A DNA stretch of 64,000 nt from assembly GCA_965204085.1 (NCBI GenBank), contig CBDBEE010000002.1:840913-904912 (forward strand), read 5' to 3'. Positions 19,637-30,379 of this stretch are shown here, piece after piece. Source of the stretch: Candidatus Poribacteria bacterium (GTDB lineage: Bacteria; Poribacteria; WGA-4E; JAJDTR01). The notes beneath the pieces were generated by a model. The model saw nothing but the letters and a program-made list of their open reading frames with translations, was not told where the DNA came from and did not search any database. Numbering within the stretch: the first letter of the stretch is position 1; the number at the start of each line of letters is the position of its first letter. The translations under genes were made by a program, and so were the position numbers.

Positions 19637-20647
19637 CTACTCCCACGGTAGCGGGATTCCCAAGCGTTTGCTAACTTGCCTCAAGTCGGCTTGCTCCGGT
19701 TCTCCGTACCGAATGCCTTCACGCCGGTGCAATTCAAACAATTCTTGCTCAATGGCACCGGGAAGCAAAGCGCGGTCATACCCCGGCATCGGTTGGTAGG
19801 TCTCGCGCACATCACGCACCATCCGATCTACCTCGGCACGGAAAACCGTCTGGGGTACCACTGCATTAATGTCAATGGCTAAGACCGTGCCACCGAAGCT
19901 AGCGCCGGGCCAACGTTTGATCAGATCATCCGACTCGGGGAGCATGAAACCGGTAAGTGCGCCGCCCATGAGGCTCGCTACCGCGGTGTAACCCATGCTC
20001 TTGAAAAAGGCTGCCGGAATTCTGCGAAGGAGCATTTCTCGCTCAGCCGTATCGAGATTATCATAGCCGGATACGATGTTCGTGGCAGCGTCTAGCACCA
20101 CGGGTGGCTCATTCCCCGCCGGAATAGCAAAGCTAATCGGGGGATTTCCGTAAAAGCCGACTTGCGGCTTAGGCTCTCGACCGGCGGCGTTTCCCATGTT
20201 ACGATGCCCCTGCGATGAGAATCCGATGCAACCTGCCTCCATGCACATCCGAGAATAGTGACCGGCCGAGCCGTAGTGATCGATATGCCGAACCAGACCG
20301 ATACCAATTCCAACCGCTTTCGCTTTAGCAATTGCGCCTTCCGCCGCACGGGTCATGGGCATATAGCCGATTGTCCCATCTCCATCAAGCACTATGGAGG
20401 TCGGGGTTTCATGCATCACCTGTATTTCAGGTCGAGGATTGGTTGTGCCTCTTTCGAATCCGTCGCAGTATATGTCTACCGTCCGCGAGCCGTGACTACG
20501 TACGCCGCGCAAATCGTTATTTACGAGCAAGCGGCTTACCAGCGCAGCGTGTTCGCGTTCCAGTCCTATCTTCTCGAAACACGCAGTGACAAACGCAATC
20601 AGTCGAATTTCTTGTACCTGAACAAAGGATTTGGGCGGTTGATTCAT
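19637..20647 (-). CDS. Ldh_2 family malate/L-lactate/sulfolactate dehydrogenase
   Basis: GVRSHGS motif and overall Ldh_2 similarity. The start is taken at the ATG giving MNQPPKS. Confidence 0.75.
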   Translation of the reverse strand: MNQPPKSFVQVQEIRLIAFVTACFEKIGLEREHAALVSRLLVNNDLRGVRSHGSRTVDIYCDGFERGTTNPRPEIQVMHETPTSIVLDGDGTIGYMPMTRAAEGAIAKAKAVGIGIGLVRHIDHYGSAGHYSRMCMEAGCIGFSSQGHRNMGNAAGREPKPQVGFYGNPPISFAIPAGNEPPVVLDAATNIVSGYDNLDTAEREMLLRRIPAAFFKSMGYTAVASLMGGALTGFMLPESDDLIKRWPGASFGGTVLAIDINAVVPQTVFRAEVDRMVRDVRETYQPMPGYDRALLPGAIEQELFELHRREGIRYGEPEQADLRQVSKRLGIPLPWE

Positions 20648-20698
20648 AGGAGTAGGAGGCACTTAGTGCGCCACCCGCTTTGATGGCAATTGCGATTG

Positions 20699-21496
20699 CT
20701 ATTCTCGATAATCTTCCGCGGCGCTCGCGGGTACGTAACCGATGACATTACGAGCGTGTTCAAGATCGCGGTAACCCCAGCGGTTGTCCGACAGCGCGTA
20801 GAAGATGTCGTACTTGAGGTCAACGGGCGCATCAAGACAACATTCGACGATTCGGGCAATGTCAACCTTGCTACAGTAGATTGCGAACTGTCGGGGCCTA
20901 GACGGCTTGTCTTCTTGAACCACATTGCCCATACGCAAACAGAGGATGGAAAGATCGGTCGAATCCGCGTAGTGTCGTCCGAGTGCTTCGCCGAAAACCT
21001 TGCTGCAACCGTACAATCCTCTGGGCCAAACGGCAGACTGATGCGTCAATTTCTCCCAAGTTTCCGGCGCCTCGTCGTAGCGACCTTCGGCTAGCGCTTT
21101 ATACGGCATCACACTTTCCCAACCCGCAACTGCCATTCCGCTACTGGCGAATACGATTCGTTTGACACCCGCGCGACGAGAGGCTTCAAAAACATTGTAT
21201 GTGCCAATGATGTTGTCGTTGAGAATCGCATCCCACGTTTCGCCCGACCTCGCAAATGCGGCCATGTGAACTACCGCGTCAATGCCTTCAAATGCCGGCT
21301 GAATCGCGTCTAAATCGCCAATATCGGCGGTGTGGCACGGTACACCCGGGACGTCGCGGCGATTCAGCGCGCTCAATTCAAAACGGTTCTGCAGATGATC
21401 GCGTAAAACGCCACCCACCAAGCCGCTCATTCCCGTGATTAAAACTTTCTTCATAAGGATAATCTCACTCTTTTGCTCGTAGGACTTACACCACAA
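20699..21496 (-). CDS. NAD-dependent epimerase/dehydratase (extended SDR)
   Basis: N-terminal GxxGxxG motif ITGMSGLVGG. 265 aa. Confidence 0.8.
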   Translation of the reverse strand: MWCKSYEQKSEIILMKKVLITGMSGLVGGVLRDHLQNRFELSALNRRDVPGVPCHTADIGDLDAIQPAFEGIDAVVHMAAFARSGETWDAILNDNIIGTYNVFEASRRAGVKRIVFASSGMAVAGWESVMPYKALAEGRYDEAPETWEKLTHQSAVWPRGLYGCSKVFGEALGRHYADSTDLSILCLRMGNVVQEDKPSRPRQFAIYCSKVDIARIVECCLDAPVDLKYDIFYALSDNRWGYRDLEHARNVIGYVPASAAEDYRE

Positions 21497-21580
21497 TAGG
21501 AGGTAGCGATTCTGAGATCGCTCCTACAGTTCGGTTGTTAGAAGCGGGTTACGGCACACGGCGTGTGCCTACTACTATTG

Positions 21581-24500
21581 TCACTTCCTTATCAGCATCT
21601 TGCGCGTCGCCGTGAACTCGTCTGCTCTCAATGTGTAAAAGTATAAACCACTGGCGACTGGCTCACCATCCTGATTCCTGCCGTCCCAATACGCCGCACG
21701 GCTGCGACTGTGATACATGCCTGCCGGTCGATGTCCAATCTCTATACGGCGAACCGTAACCCCATTCATGTCGTAGACTGTCAGCGTTACCTGTGAGGGC
21801 ACCGCCAACTGATACGGTATCCAGGTTTCAGGATTAAATGGATTCGGGTAGTTGGGGTGCAGCGCGGATTCACCGGGAATGATCAGTGAGGTTAACAGGT
21901 TTTCGAGATTCGCGATGCCCTGTCGAAAGGTGATCGAACCGTCGTCTACCAGCCGTGCCTGTGAAATCCATGTCTCTATCAAATCCCTATCGCGCTCGTT
22001 ATCCACTCGCTTGATCGAAGGCGCGGCGGCTCCTCCAATGCCCTGTGCCACAAGTGTGAGGTCGAAGATGTTGATAATCCCGTCGCCGTTGATGTCCTCC
22101 GGCGAGTTGGGGGGTAGGCGTTTCCCCAACTGCTGTGCGACGAGGATCAGATCCAGAATGTCGACGCCACCGTCACGATTCACATCTCCGGTCAGTAGGC
22201 GTTCCTCCACTGTGAGAAAGATTTCATGAGGCCCCGCCGGGATGTTTTCCCCGGTACTAGAGCCGAACTTGAAGTTACCCAACGCCAAGCGCGTCTCGCC
22301 ATGCGATTTCGCGGTGAACTGTACTTGAAGTACTGTACCGGCACCACGGACTCCGCCGCCAGAGAGTCGTGCAGATTTGAGCCCCGTGATTTTACCCACT
22401 GCGTTGTCAATCCGCCCACTCTGGAAGAAAGTTGTTCCACCGTCCGCCATCAGGAAGTCGCCTTCGCTTACGTCAATCGCTTCAAGAATGGCTGGGTCGA
22501 AGGCGATATCAAACTGCCACCCTGCCAAGTCGGCAACATTTTCTGCACGCACGTCGAAGGTAAAGGTATCGCCGAGGTGGATTGGCGTATCGGAAAATGC
22601 GTAGCCTATGCCGGTTCCCACTGCGTATTCGGTGTCTGATTCAAATCCGAAAAAGGCGTTAGCCCCGCGGTTGACATCGGTGGCAACGGCGACCAACAGC
22701 ACATTCCTCCCCTGTTGCAGCGTCACCGGAAAGAAGTCATTGTAATCCTCTCCTTCGCGACGGTCGTAGTGCCCGCGGAGGAAATCGCCGTTGAGCCAGA
22801 TCTTCAAACCAGCTAGTGCCCCCACGTACATCGTTGTGTCCTGTTCGCGCGGGGAATAGAGAGAAACCGAGCCGTAGATAACGCCGTCCGGGAGACGCTG
22901 TCCCACCATGTCCCAAATGTTGTTCCGCCCCGTCGGCGGGAGCTTATCGGAAGTCCATACCTCATCGCCGACCGAATTCCCCTCGGTTGCACCATGCGTA
23001 GCGACCGCTTCCTCTGTCACTATGCCCTGGCTCGCTGCCGCAAGGAAGTCCATGTTCAGATGTTTTCCCATCGGGAAATAGACCCAAAGCCAAGGACCTT
23101 CTATCTTGGAACCTCCTATAGGGAACCCCGGATTGTTGTGCCATTCGATTTTTGTGTTTGCACGCAACCCATCCAAGGGCGAAAAGTCGGAAATATTGTT
23201 GTTGCCCACCCCCAACCATATCAGGTTTGTTAGCCCTGCCAGTGCCGAAATATTCGATATCCGGTTTTCGGACACATTCAGGCGCTCAAGCCCGGTTAAA
23301 CTCGCAAGCGGCGATATGTCCGATATTCCGTTCGAGACGAGATATAGCCTTTTTAGCTTGGGCAGGTTCATCAAAGGCGAAAGGTCTGACAAATCCGCAC
23401 CGCAAATATCTATGCTTTCCATGTTTGTTAATCCGGCTAGTGGCGACAAATCGGAGAAGCGGTTGCCCCAAGTACCAATGCCTTTCAAGTTATGTAATCC
23501 CGCAAGCGGGGATATATCAGATACGCTGTTTCCGGTAAATCCCAATACCTCCAGATTGATCAAGCCAGCTACAGGAGAAAGGTTGGAAATCAGATTACCT
23601 AATAATTCTAACCGAATCAGATTGGTTAATCCCGCAAGTGGTGACAGGTCGGAAATCTTATTCTCTCTGACATTTAATCTATCCAGATTGATTAATCCCG
23701 CAAGTGGTGACAGATCTGAGATCGCATTACCTCCAAGCTGTAACTCTCTCAACCTGGTTAATCCCGCTATCGGAGAAAGGTCGGAAATCTGTGTGCGAAA
23801 AGCGTCCAGCCTACTGAGATTTCTCAATCCATTCAGCGGAGATAGATCGGATACAGGGTTGTTGCTAATCCTGAGTTCATACATTTCAATTAAGCCTGCT
23901 ATAGGTGAAAGGTCAGAAATCTGATTGTCCGTGACAAGCAATTCTCTCAGATTGGTAGCAAATTGCAGTCCAGTCAAATCGCGGATATCCCTGTTACTCG
24001 GCTTAATTTTACTCAATGTTTTCATCTCCTCCGCGGTAATGGGGGTATTGGCGCTTTTGCCAAGCGCTTCCGCAACGGCGGCACGCAAGTTGGAATCAGG
24101 GAAATGAACCTGCCCACCAGGCAACACATCGGGCTGTGTTATGACCGGAGGCTCTCCGACTAACTGCGGGTAGTCCAGCGCAGAAATTATATCTCGAAAA
24201 CTAGATGTCCAAGTATCTCGCTTCACACTCCCGTTTTCATTGTCTAGCGCCAGCAACCCAACGTTTTGCAGTCCGGTGTTCTCACGTATCCTTTCGAGAA
24301 AGGTTTCGGTCTCCAACCCGACCACAGCAGCAGCGTATGCCACGTCTATCGGCGCCTGAAACGCTTCATGAAAACGTGAAACCGGCTCAATACCGTCAAA
24401 CGTACCGCCCGTGGCTTCAAGCGCTACTCTGTATGTTTCCATGTCTTCACCCACACGGGCATCCATGTCTGACTGTTCCACATAGAGTCGCAGCGCCTGC

Positions 24501-25810
24501 GCTTTGTTATAGGGTGGACTGGGGTTGCTCTCAATTGCGGCACGCACCTCGTCTTCAAAGGTCTTCATGCCCTCCGTATGGCAACCGATGCAGGAGATGC
24601 CGTTGCGCACCGTGGGGTCGCTGGTAGCGGGATTGGAAACGATGTTTATCGGGGCTTCATCCAACCGGAAACCGGACGCATTGGCAAGGTAGTATCCTTG
24701 CAACCCGTTTGGCAGATTGAAGATAGCTTCTCCCCCATCGTGCGTGAAGTTAAGCGGGTGGGTAAAGATGTTTTGTGTACCCACACTCCCTGCAAAGTCG
24801 TAGCTCTTCCAATAGGCTCCATAGCGTGAGGTGTGTCGTTCCACGACACGGTTGTGGTTTGAGACACCCGAGTTGTTGAATCCCGCACGCCAGACACGGA
24901 CCCCTGGTGCGTTAACCAGATTGCCTGCAACATCAACCTCCAGCCGGGTTTCCAAGTCCCTGTCCGTCAACGGCAGCGACAGTAGTTCGTGATATAGTGG
25001 CGGAGTAGATGCGGTTGCAATAAACCAGTCGATATGCACTGACGGAACATCGGTCTTCATCTGTGTTTGCAAGCGCCCCAGTTGTGACCGGAGTGTAGTG
25101 TCGGTTGGAGCGTCAAACGCGATGTGGTAGGGATAGGCTTCCTCTATCTTTGTCCAGCCGTCATTCCGATCCCACTCGTAGTGACGGAGGTCGATGTAGA
25201 AGATAGTGACTTGCGGGTCGATGGGTTGTGGGTTGGTGATTCCGCTTCCCCATGAGAGGCTATTGACCAGTTTGTTGAGCGCTTTGCGGTATTCAGCAAG
25301 TATCTCCGCTGTTTCGCCAGCATTATAGAGGTGGGTGAGAGTGAAGTAACGGGCAAAAGCGCGGTCAAACGACGAGAGCGAGCTGAGGTGTGTCTCAATG
25401 CTAGTGAGCACTTCGCTGGGGGGAATGAAACGATGATCTGGCGCACTAGTTGCCGCCCAATCGGGTGCGCCAGCTAGAATCCAGCGTCGAACCGTCTCAA
25501 TGGATTGGGCGGGCAATTGAGGCAGTCCAAACGGCATCTGCGCGCCGTTTTCGGTGGGACCGAGGAGGCGTTTGTACAATTCGGATGCATCTGGATTTCC
25601 AAGTACAACAGTGCCACCATCAATGAGTTCGCTGTGCTCCATGAGGAGCGTTTCTCGAAAGGCGCCGTCGGGGCCATGGCAGTTCAGGCAACTCGCTTCA
25701 AAGATGGCGTAGGTGTCTTGGGCTAACTGCGATTGGGCAGATAGATTTTCAGAACCTGCGCTGAGAGACAGTAGGCATATCAAAGCAAAAATGAAATGAC
25801 GTTTATACAT
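21581..25810 (-). CDS. giant secreted multidomain protein: N-terminal cytochrome-c-like CxxCH region, about 14 leucine-rich repeats, dockerin-like repeats, and a T9SS/FlgD-type C-terminal sorting domain
   Basis: Signal peptide. CLNCHG motif. 22-residue LRR units (LxxLxLxxNxISDLSPLAGL). Repeats DVNRDGGVDILDL and DINGDGIINIFDL. C-terminus ...GLYFYTLRADEF...K. Confidence 0.8.
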   Translation of the reverse strand: MYKRHFIFALICLLSLSAGSENLSAQSQLAQDTYAIFEASCLNCHGPDGAFRETLLMEHSELIDGGTVVLGNPDASELYKRLLGPTENGAQMPFGLPQLPAQSIETVRRWILAGAPDWAATSAPDHRFIPPSEVLTSIETHLSSLSSFDRAFARYFTLTHLYNAGETAEILAEYRKALNKLVNSLSWGSGITNPQPIDPQVTIFYIDLRHYEWDRNDGWTKIEEAYPYHIAFDAPTDTTLRSQLGRLQTQMKTDVPSVHIDWFIATASTPPLYHELLSLPLTDRDLETRLEVDVAGNLVNAPGVRVWRAGFNNSGVSNHNRVVERHTSRYGAYWKSYDFAGSVGTQNIFTHPLNFTHDGGEAIFNLPNGLQGYYLANASGFRLDEAPINIVSNPATSDPTVRNGISCIGCHTEGMKTFEDEVRAAIESNPSPPYNKAQALRLYVEQSDMDARVGEDMETYRVALEATGGTFDGIEPVSRFHEAFQAPIDVAYAAAVVGLETETFLERIRENTGLQNVGLLALDNENGSVKRDTWTSSFRDIISALDYPQLVGEPPVITQPDVLPGGQVHFPDSNLRAAVAEALGKSANTPITAEEMKTLSKIKPSNRDIRDLTGLQFATNLRELLVTDNQISDLSPIAGLIEMYELRISNNPVSDLSPLNGLRNLSRLDAFRTQISDLSPIAGLTRLRELQLGGNAISDLSPLAGLINLDRLNVRENKISDLSPLAGLTNLIRLELLGNLISNLSPVAGLINLEVLGFTGNSVSDISPLAGLHNLKGIGTWGNRFSDLSPLAGLTNMESIDICGADLSDLSPLMNLPKLKRLYLVSNGISDISPLASLTGLERLNVSENRISNISALAGLTNLIWLGVGNNNISDFSPLDGLRANTKIEWHNNPGFPIGGSKIEGPWLWVYFPMGKHLNMDFLAAASQGIVTEEAVATHGATEGNSVGDEVWTSDKLPPTGRNNIWDMVGQRLPDGVIYGSVSLYSPREQDTTMYVGALAGLKIWLNGDFLRGHYDRREGEDYNDFFPVTLQQGRNVLLVAVATDVNRGANAFFGFESDTEYAVGTGIGYAFSDTPIHLGDTFTFDVRAENVADLAGWQFDIAFDPAILEAIDVSEGDFLMADGGTTFFQSGRIDNAVGKITGLKSARLSGGGVRGAGTVLQVQFTAKSHGETRLALGNFKFGSSTGENIPAGPHEIFLTVEERLLTGDVNRDGGVDILDLILVAQQLGKRLPPNSPEDINGDGIINIFDLTLVAQGIGGAAAPSIKRVDNERDRDLIETWISQARLVDDGSITFRQGIANLENLLTSLIIPGESALHPNYPNPFNPETWIPYQLAVPSQVTLTVYDMNGVTVRRIEIGHRPAGMYHSRSRAAYWDGRNQDGEPVASGLYFYTLRADEFTATRKMLIRK

Positions 25811-26252
25811 AGAAAATGTCCCCTTTATGTATGGATAACCAATTTTGGTAATTGTTTAGATCAGTCCAGAACTTACGCGTCAACAGGAAATCGCGACCTG
25901 GAGATCGCTCCTACATTACGCTCAGGGATCTCTATGGGAATTCTATCGCATTCGCTATCCGCTCATTTGATCGCTCACTATCCGTTCGCTTGATGGTGTA
26001 GGAACGGGGATTAAACTGCAGCACGACGAACCAACATTCCCAAAACAGATTGATATACTCAGCACCGGTTAATTTTGGGCAATTGTGCACCGAAGGTTTG
26101 TAGGAGCGATCTCCGAATCGCGACTGTCGGGAATCGGTGGGAACTCCTCCTACCGCCTGCAAAACTCATGCTCCATTTCTTGACTCTTAAAAACGCAACT
26201 TCCAACAGCGTAGAGTATAGACTAAACAATTACCAATCGCGCATAGCCCAAC

Positions 26253-27053
26253 CTAGACGCACTTGCAGGTCAAGCCGCCGTCAACAACAAGTTCGGTACC
26301 CGTGATATATTTCGCTTCATCCGACGCCAGAAATAGTGCGGCATACGCCACGTCCCAGGCATCGCCCATTTTTCCGGTAGGACAAAGGTTGTTGCGAATC
26401 TCAATCATCTTCTCGACATCACCATCGGCGTATGCATCTGCAAGCCCCTCGACTACCATCGGCGTGTTCATGAAACCGGGAAGAATAGCGTTGGCGCGGA
26501 TATTCTTTTTCGCGTACTGTATGGCAATGCTCTTGGTTATCTGGTTTATGCCTCCCTTGGTTGCGCTGTAAGAAACGTAGGGCACTCCCAGCCAACGTAT
26601 TGATGCAATAGACGAGATGTTGACAACTGCGCCTCCACCCTGCATCTCCATGTGCGGCAGCGCATATTTGCAGGTCAGAAACACACTCTTGAGATTGACA
26701 TCATTGACATGATTCCAACTCTCCTCACTTGCTTCGACGCAGCCTCCAACCTCAACGATTCCGACATTGTTGTGGAGTATGTCTATGCGACCGTACGTTT
26801 CAAGGCAACTATCCACCATACCTTCTACATCGGAAGCCTTGGAGACATCCGTTTCACGGACAGCACATTTTCCATCTTCCGCATCAATGACAGCCTTCGT
26901 TTCTTCCACAGCAGCACGATTGATATCAACGGCAAAAACTTTGGCGCCTTCGCGCGCGAAGAGCACGGCAGTAGCTTTTCCGTTACCCCAACCCGGACCA
27001 ATCGAGCCGGCACCGGTGACAATTGCAACTTTGTCTTTTAAGCGTCCTCCCAT
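26253..27053 (-). CDS. SDR family oxidoreductase
   Basis: TGAGSIG Rossmann motif and YSATK catalytic motif. The start is taken at MGGRLKDK to avoid overlapping the sulfatase gene. Confidence 0.85.
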   Translation of the reverse strand: MGGRLKDKVAIVTGAGSIGPGWGNGKATAVLFAREGAKVFAVDINRAAVEETKAVIDAEDGKCAVRETDVSKASDVEGMVDSCLETYGRIDILHNNVGIVEVGGCVEASEESWNHVNDVNLKSVFLTCKYALPHMEMQGGGAVVNISSIASIRWLGVPYVSYSATKGGINQITKSIAIQYAKKNIRANAILPGFMNTPMVVEGLADAYADGDVEKMIEIRNNLCPTGKMGDAWDVAYAALFLASDEAKYITGTELVVDGGLTCKCV

Positions 27054-27076
27054 TTCCCTCCCTCGGTAGTTACTAT

Positions 27077-28483
27077 CTATCCAGACGACATCGGAAAACC
27101 GGCGGGGCGTGTATAAGGCAGATACTTTGTCTGTCCCCACGACATTCCATCTTGGCTCAAGCCATCCCGCCGCGGATCTACGAACCGGGAAAACCAGTCA
27201 TCCAACATTCCGTCCAGTTCCTTGATTCGGTCGCTTTGCGCCTCATCTTCTGCCAGATTCTGCCGCTCATCGGGATCGGACACAAGGTGGTACAGCTCGT
27301 GGGGGCCGTGACTGTGTCGGTAGGTGTATTTCCACTCTTGAGTGCGAACCATCCGCACGGGGCCATATTCGTCGTAGACCACTACCTGTTCGGCGCCATC
27401 AGATGGTCTGCCTTCCAATGCTGGTAGAAAGCTGCTGCCAGGTAGATTTCGATCTTCCGGTACGGGCAGGTCGAGGTATTCCAAGAGTGTCGGCATGAAG
27501 TCGTAGGAGCTAATCATCGAGTCGTTGACATCCCCTAGAGGGATGCGACCGGGGTGGCTGAAGATAGCGGGAACTTTAATGGAATTCTCGTACATGTTGC
27601 GCGGCATCGTCGCGTTCCCTTTTCCCCAAAATCCGTGATGTCCACACGAAAAGCCGTTATCGCTTAGGAACACAACAAGCGTATTATCGCGTAAACCGAG
27701 TTCCTCTAGTCTGTCGAGGATACGACCGATGTTTTGGTCCATAGCAGTCACTGCGGCAAAGTAACCCTTCAGCGCCTCTCGGTTGCCGAGCGCATCGTCC
27801 GTAAAGACATTACTGCCTACCCCAGCCCATGGATGACGCGGCTCTTGCGGACAGGTCTCGAACAGGCAATCGTCATAAGAGTCGACGATAGATTGAGGGT
27901 GTTCATTCACCCACGGATCGTGGGGGGCAGTGTAATGAACACTCAAGTAGAACGGATGACCGTGATCGGCATATCTGTCCAGTATCTCCAGTCCCTCGTC
28001 GGTAATAGCATCCGTTAGGTACCTCGGCTCGTTTAGGAGTTGACCGTTTTTCACCATGGGCGCATCGTGGTAGTGCCCGCCACCCAACTGATGAGCATAC
28101 CAATCGGTGAAACCGTGTTGCGGTATCTGGCTGTCACCCAAATGCCACTTGCCGGATAGACCACAAGTCCAGCCGTGTCGCGCCATGATGTCCGTGTACC
28201 CTACCTCACCCTCTAAATAACGGATGGCGTCAGGACCGACATTTCCATCCCGAATCCAGTCGTGCACGCCGTGTTGAGACGGAATACGCCCTGTCAACAG
28301 GGTCGCGCGACTCGCCGAGCAGACAGGAGATGCAACGAAAAAATTGCTGAACCTGATCCCCGAATTGGCTAAGCGGTCGAGATTGGGCGTGCGTATTTCA
28401 GGATTGCCGCAGCAACCCGCCGCCCATGATCCCTGGTCGTCGCTCAGAATAAAGAGAACGTTCGTTTTGTCTGCGTTACTCAA
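27077..28483 (-). CDS. arylsulfatase (formylglycine-dependent sulfatase family)
   Basis: Sulfatase signature SPVCSASRATLLTGR (C-x-A-S-R). 468 aa. Confidence 0.9.
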   Translation of the reverse strand: MSNADKTNVLFILSDDQGSWAAGCCGNPEIRTPNLDRLANSGIRFSNFFVASPVCSASRATLLTGRIPSQHGVHDWIRDGNVGPDAIRYLEGEVGYTDIMARHGWTCGLSGKWHLGDSQIPQHGFTDWYAHQLGGGHYHDAPMVKNGQLLNEPRYLTDAITDEGLEILDRYADHGHPFYLSVHYTAPHDPWVNEHPQSIVDSYDDCLFETCPQEPRHPWAGVGSNVFTDDALGNREALKGYFAAVTAMDQNIGRILDRLEELGLRDNTLVVFLSDNGFSCGHHGFWGKGNATMPRNMYENSIKVPAIFSHPGRIPLGDVNDSMISSYDFMPTLLEYLDLPVPEDRNLPGSSFLPALEGRPSDGAEQVVVYDEYGPVRMVRTQEWKYTYRHSHGPHELYHLVSDPDERQNLAEDEAQSDRIKELDGMLDDWFSRFVDPRRDGLSQDGMSWGQTKYLPYTRPAGFPMSSG

Positions 28484-29585
28484 ATTGCCACCTCGTGGTT
28501 AACAGCTAGCGGTTAGTGAATCCTTCATAAGAATCACGTAATTGTTTAGTCCATCGGTCTGGATTTGCCAATCCAGACCGAGCGGGGCAGGGAACGCGCC
28601 GAGTAGGGAAGTACAATGCTAATTCCGGCTAATCGGGGCTTACATGCCCAGACCGGACGTGCAACGAACTGTAATACTACGAACCAAACGATGCACTAAA
28701 CAGTTACAGAATCATGTTGCCGTTAAAAGCGAAATCGGAAAATCGACTGGTTTCTTAGGGCTTGTTTGAAAGTTCTCGGTACGACCCAAAAACGTCATTA
28801 GGTCATCTTGAGAAATTTCATACTTTTCATACCAAATCGAGGTTTTCAGTAGACGTGGAATAAGGGCTTGACACCTTGCTATGACTGGATTTTAAGTGGT
28901 TTTGTCACTATAGCTATTTAAGCAGAGGTATGAAATCCTAGATGTTATCCAAGACAATTTCAGTTGACACATTGGCGCTATTCTCATTAGATAAGTTGGC
29001 TCTCCAAAGAGGTGCCAAAGAGGTGCTAGAATACTGAACATTTGTATTAAGACTAAAGTAACGTATTTGCTAAACGGGGAAGGGTTTCGTACACTTGTCA
29101 TGGTAGCTTAAAGCTACAATCAATCAACAACGTCTTTACCGTTTAAAATTAACGCAAGTTGACACCTAATCGTTAATAGTTGGATTTGCATTTTTCTGGG
29201 TGTTGTATCGCAGTCCCGCTCGGCTTGGATAGACATATCCAAGCCGTACCTGCATGTGTGCAGTGGATTTGTCAATCCACTGCGAGCAAGTTGAGTAGAT
29301 TTTGCTTACATTGCCCCGATTTGCGACGTATCCCATTAGACGGTCGGGCTAGAAGCCTGGGGGATTTCTATCGCGCTCCTTATTCAGTCAGTTGATCACT
29401 CATTGTTCACTCGCTTGATCCCCGCTGGGGCTTAGGCACGGGGCTTCGGAGTTTCTACACACCTTCAAGATCTCCCCTCGGTCGCGAGTTCTTATCACGA
29501 GTAGAACTTGCTTCTACAAAAGATACGCAGCAAACAGTGTTTCGACAGATGGAACTGTCTAGTCCCAAATGTAAAATCCCTAGCT

Positions 29586-29679
29586 ATACCGTACGCTGTT
29601 AGAAATTGCGCTTTTCAAGATTTAAGGTTTGCTTCGCCGATTGTAGAAACTGTGCCAAGGGAACGAATATTGAATGGGG
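29586..29679 (+). repeat. conserved 94-nt noncoding element, copy 2
   Basis: About 90% identical to 15011-15104. Confidence 0.6.
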
Positions 29680-29716
29680 TAATGTCGGCAGTGAGATCTC
29701 TATCGATCAACCGATA

Positions 29717-29800
29717 ACACTCGACATTGCGCTCCGCTGGAGCGCGGAGATTGGGCGCATCACGATTCTATTGACATTGCACTCCTCCGGAGTGCAAGAG
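29717..29800 (+). repeat. hairpin-pair module (gcgctccgctggagcgc ... ttgacat ... gcactcctccggagtgc)
   Basis: It is homologous to the two units at 63434-63806, and the hairpin stems show compensatory substitutions. Confidence 0.55.
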
Positions 29801-30379
29801 CTTGATCTCCTTATTCAGTCACTTGATTTATTCGCTGGTTTGATGGGATTTCTATCGCCTTGGGATCTCTATCGCAGTCACTGTTCGTTCCATTGATCCT
29901 ACAAAATAAGCAATTCTCAGCAGCGTGGAGTATAATGGGCTATAGAAAACAAAATTGGCTCTTCAGAGTTAAGTGTGGAAAATGAAATTATCTTGGGGCA
30001 TGTTGACATTTATGTAAGGCGTATCCATAATTCGCCGATAAGTCCCTATCGTAGGGGCGAGGTTTCCTCGCCCAACGGGTTGGGGAACCCAACCCCTACG
30101 GAAATTGCCTCAATGTAGGGGCAACCACAAGGGTTGCCCAACATACTGCCTCAAGTGAATCAATATTGGCTTAATTTTCAAATGTCAACAGAACCTAGGA
30201 CTTACGCAGTCGAGTGCTCAAATGCACCTTCGTGTAGCAAGTTCCATTCCCACACTTGACCCTGAAGAACCACAAAATTTACATTACGTGTCAAGGACGG
30301 CGTAAAACGAAATCTCCTGCCATTCCAATCCTTCTCATCCCAGTCGCCTTAGACGAAAAACTTTAATGCTAAAACGTGC

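Larger units (their letters stand above)
28484..30379. repeat. 1.9-kb ORF-free, repeat-rich noncoding island
   Basis: No ORF longer than about 95 codons. It holds copies of at least five dispersed repeat families: the 94-nt element, the hairpin-pair module, GATC-containing short tandem repeats, a REP-like multi-hairpin element, and the ...cagcagcgtggagtataa motif. Confidence 0.6.

Noticed and set aside
23106-23924. Long opposite-strand ORFs inside the LRR gene (23106-23924), the WD40 gene (for example 38246-38635 and 40289-41140) and the FG-GAP gene (33829-34365)
   Set aside because: The periodic repeat-coding sequence keeps the antisense frames open. The sense-strand genes have clear domain homology.
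25920-26000. Short direct-repeat blocks (12-nt and 22-nt units) that superficially resemble CRISPR repeats
   Set aside because: The units are contiguous or degenerate with no unique spacers of regular length. There are no cas genes, and the blocks are scattered in small numbers at many loci. They are minisatellite or REP-like, not CRISPR.
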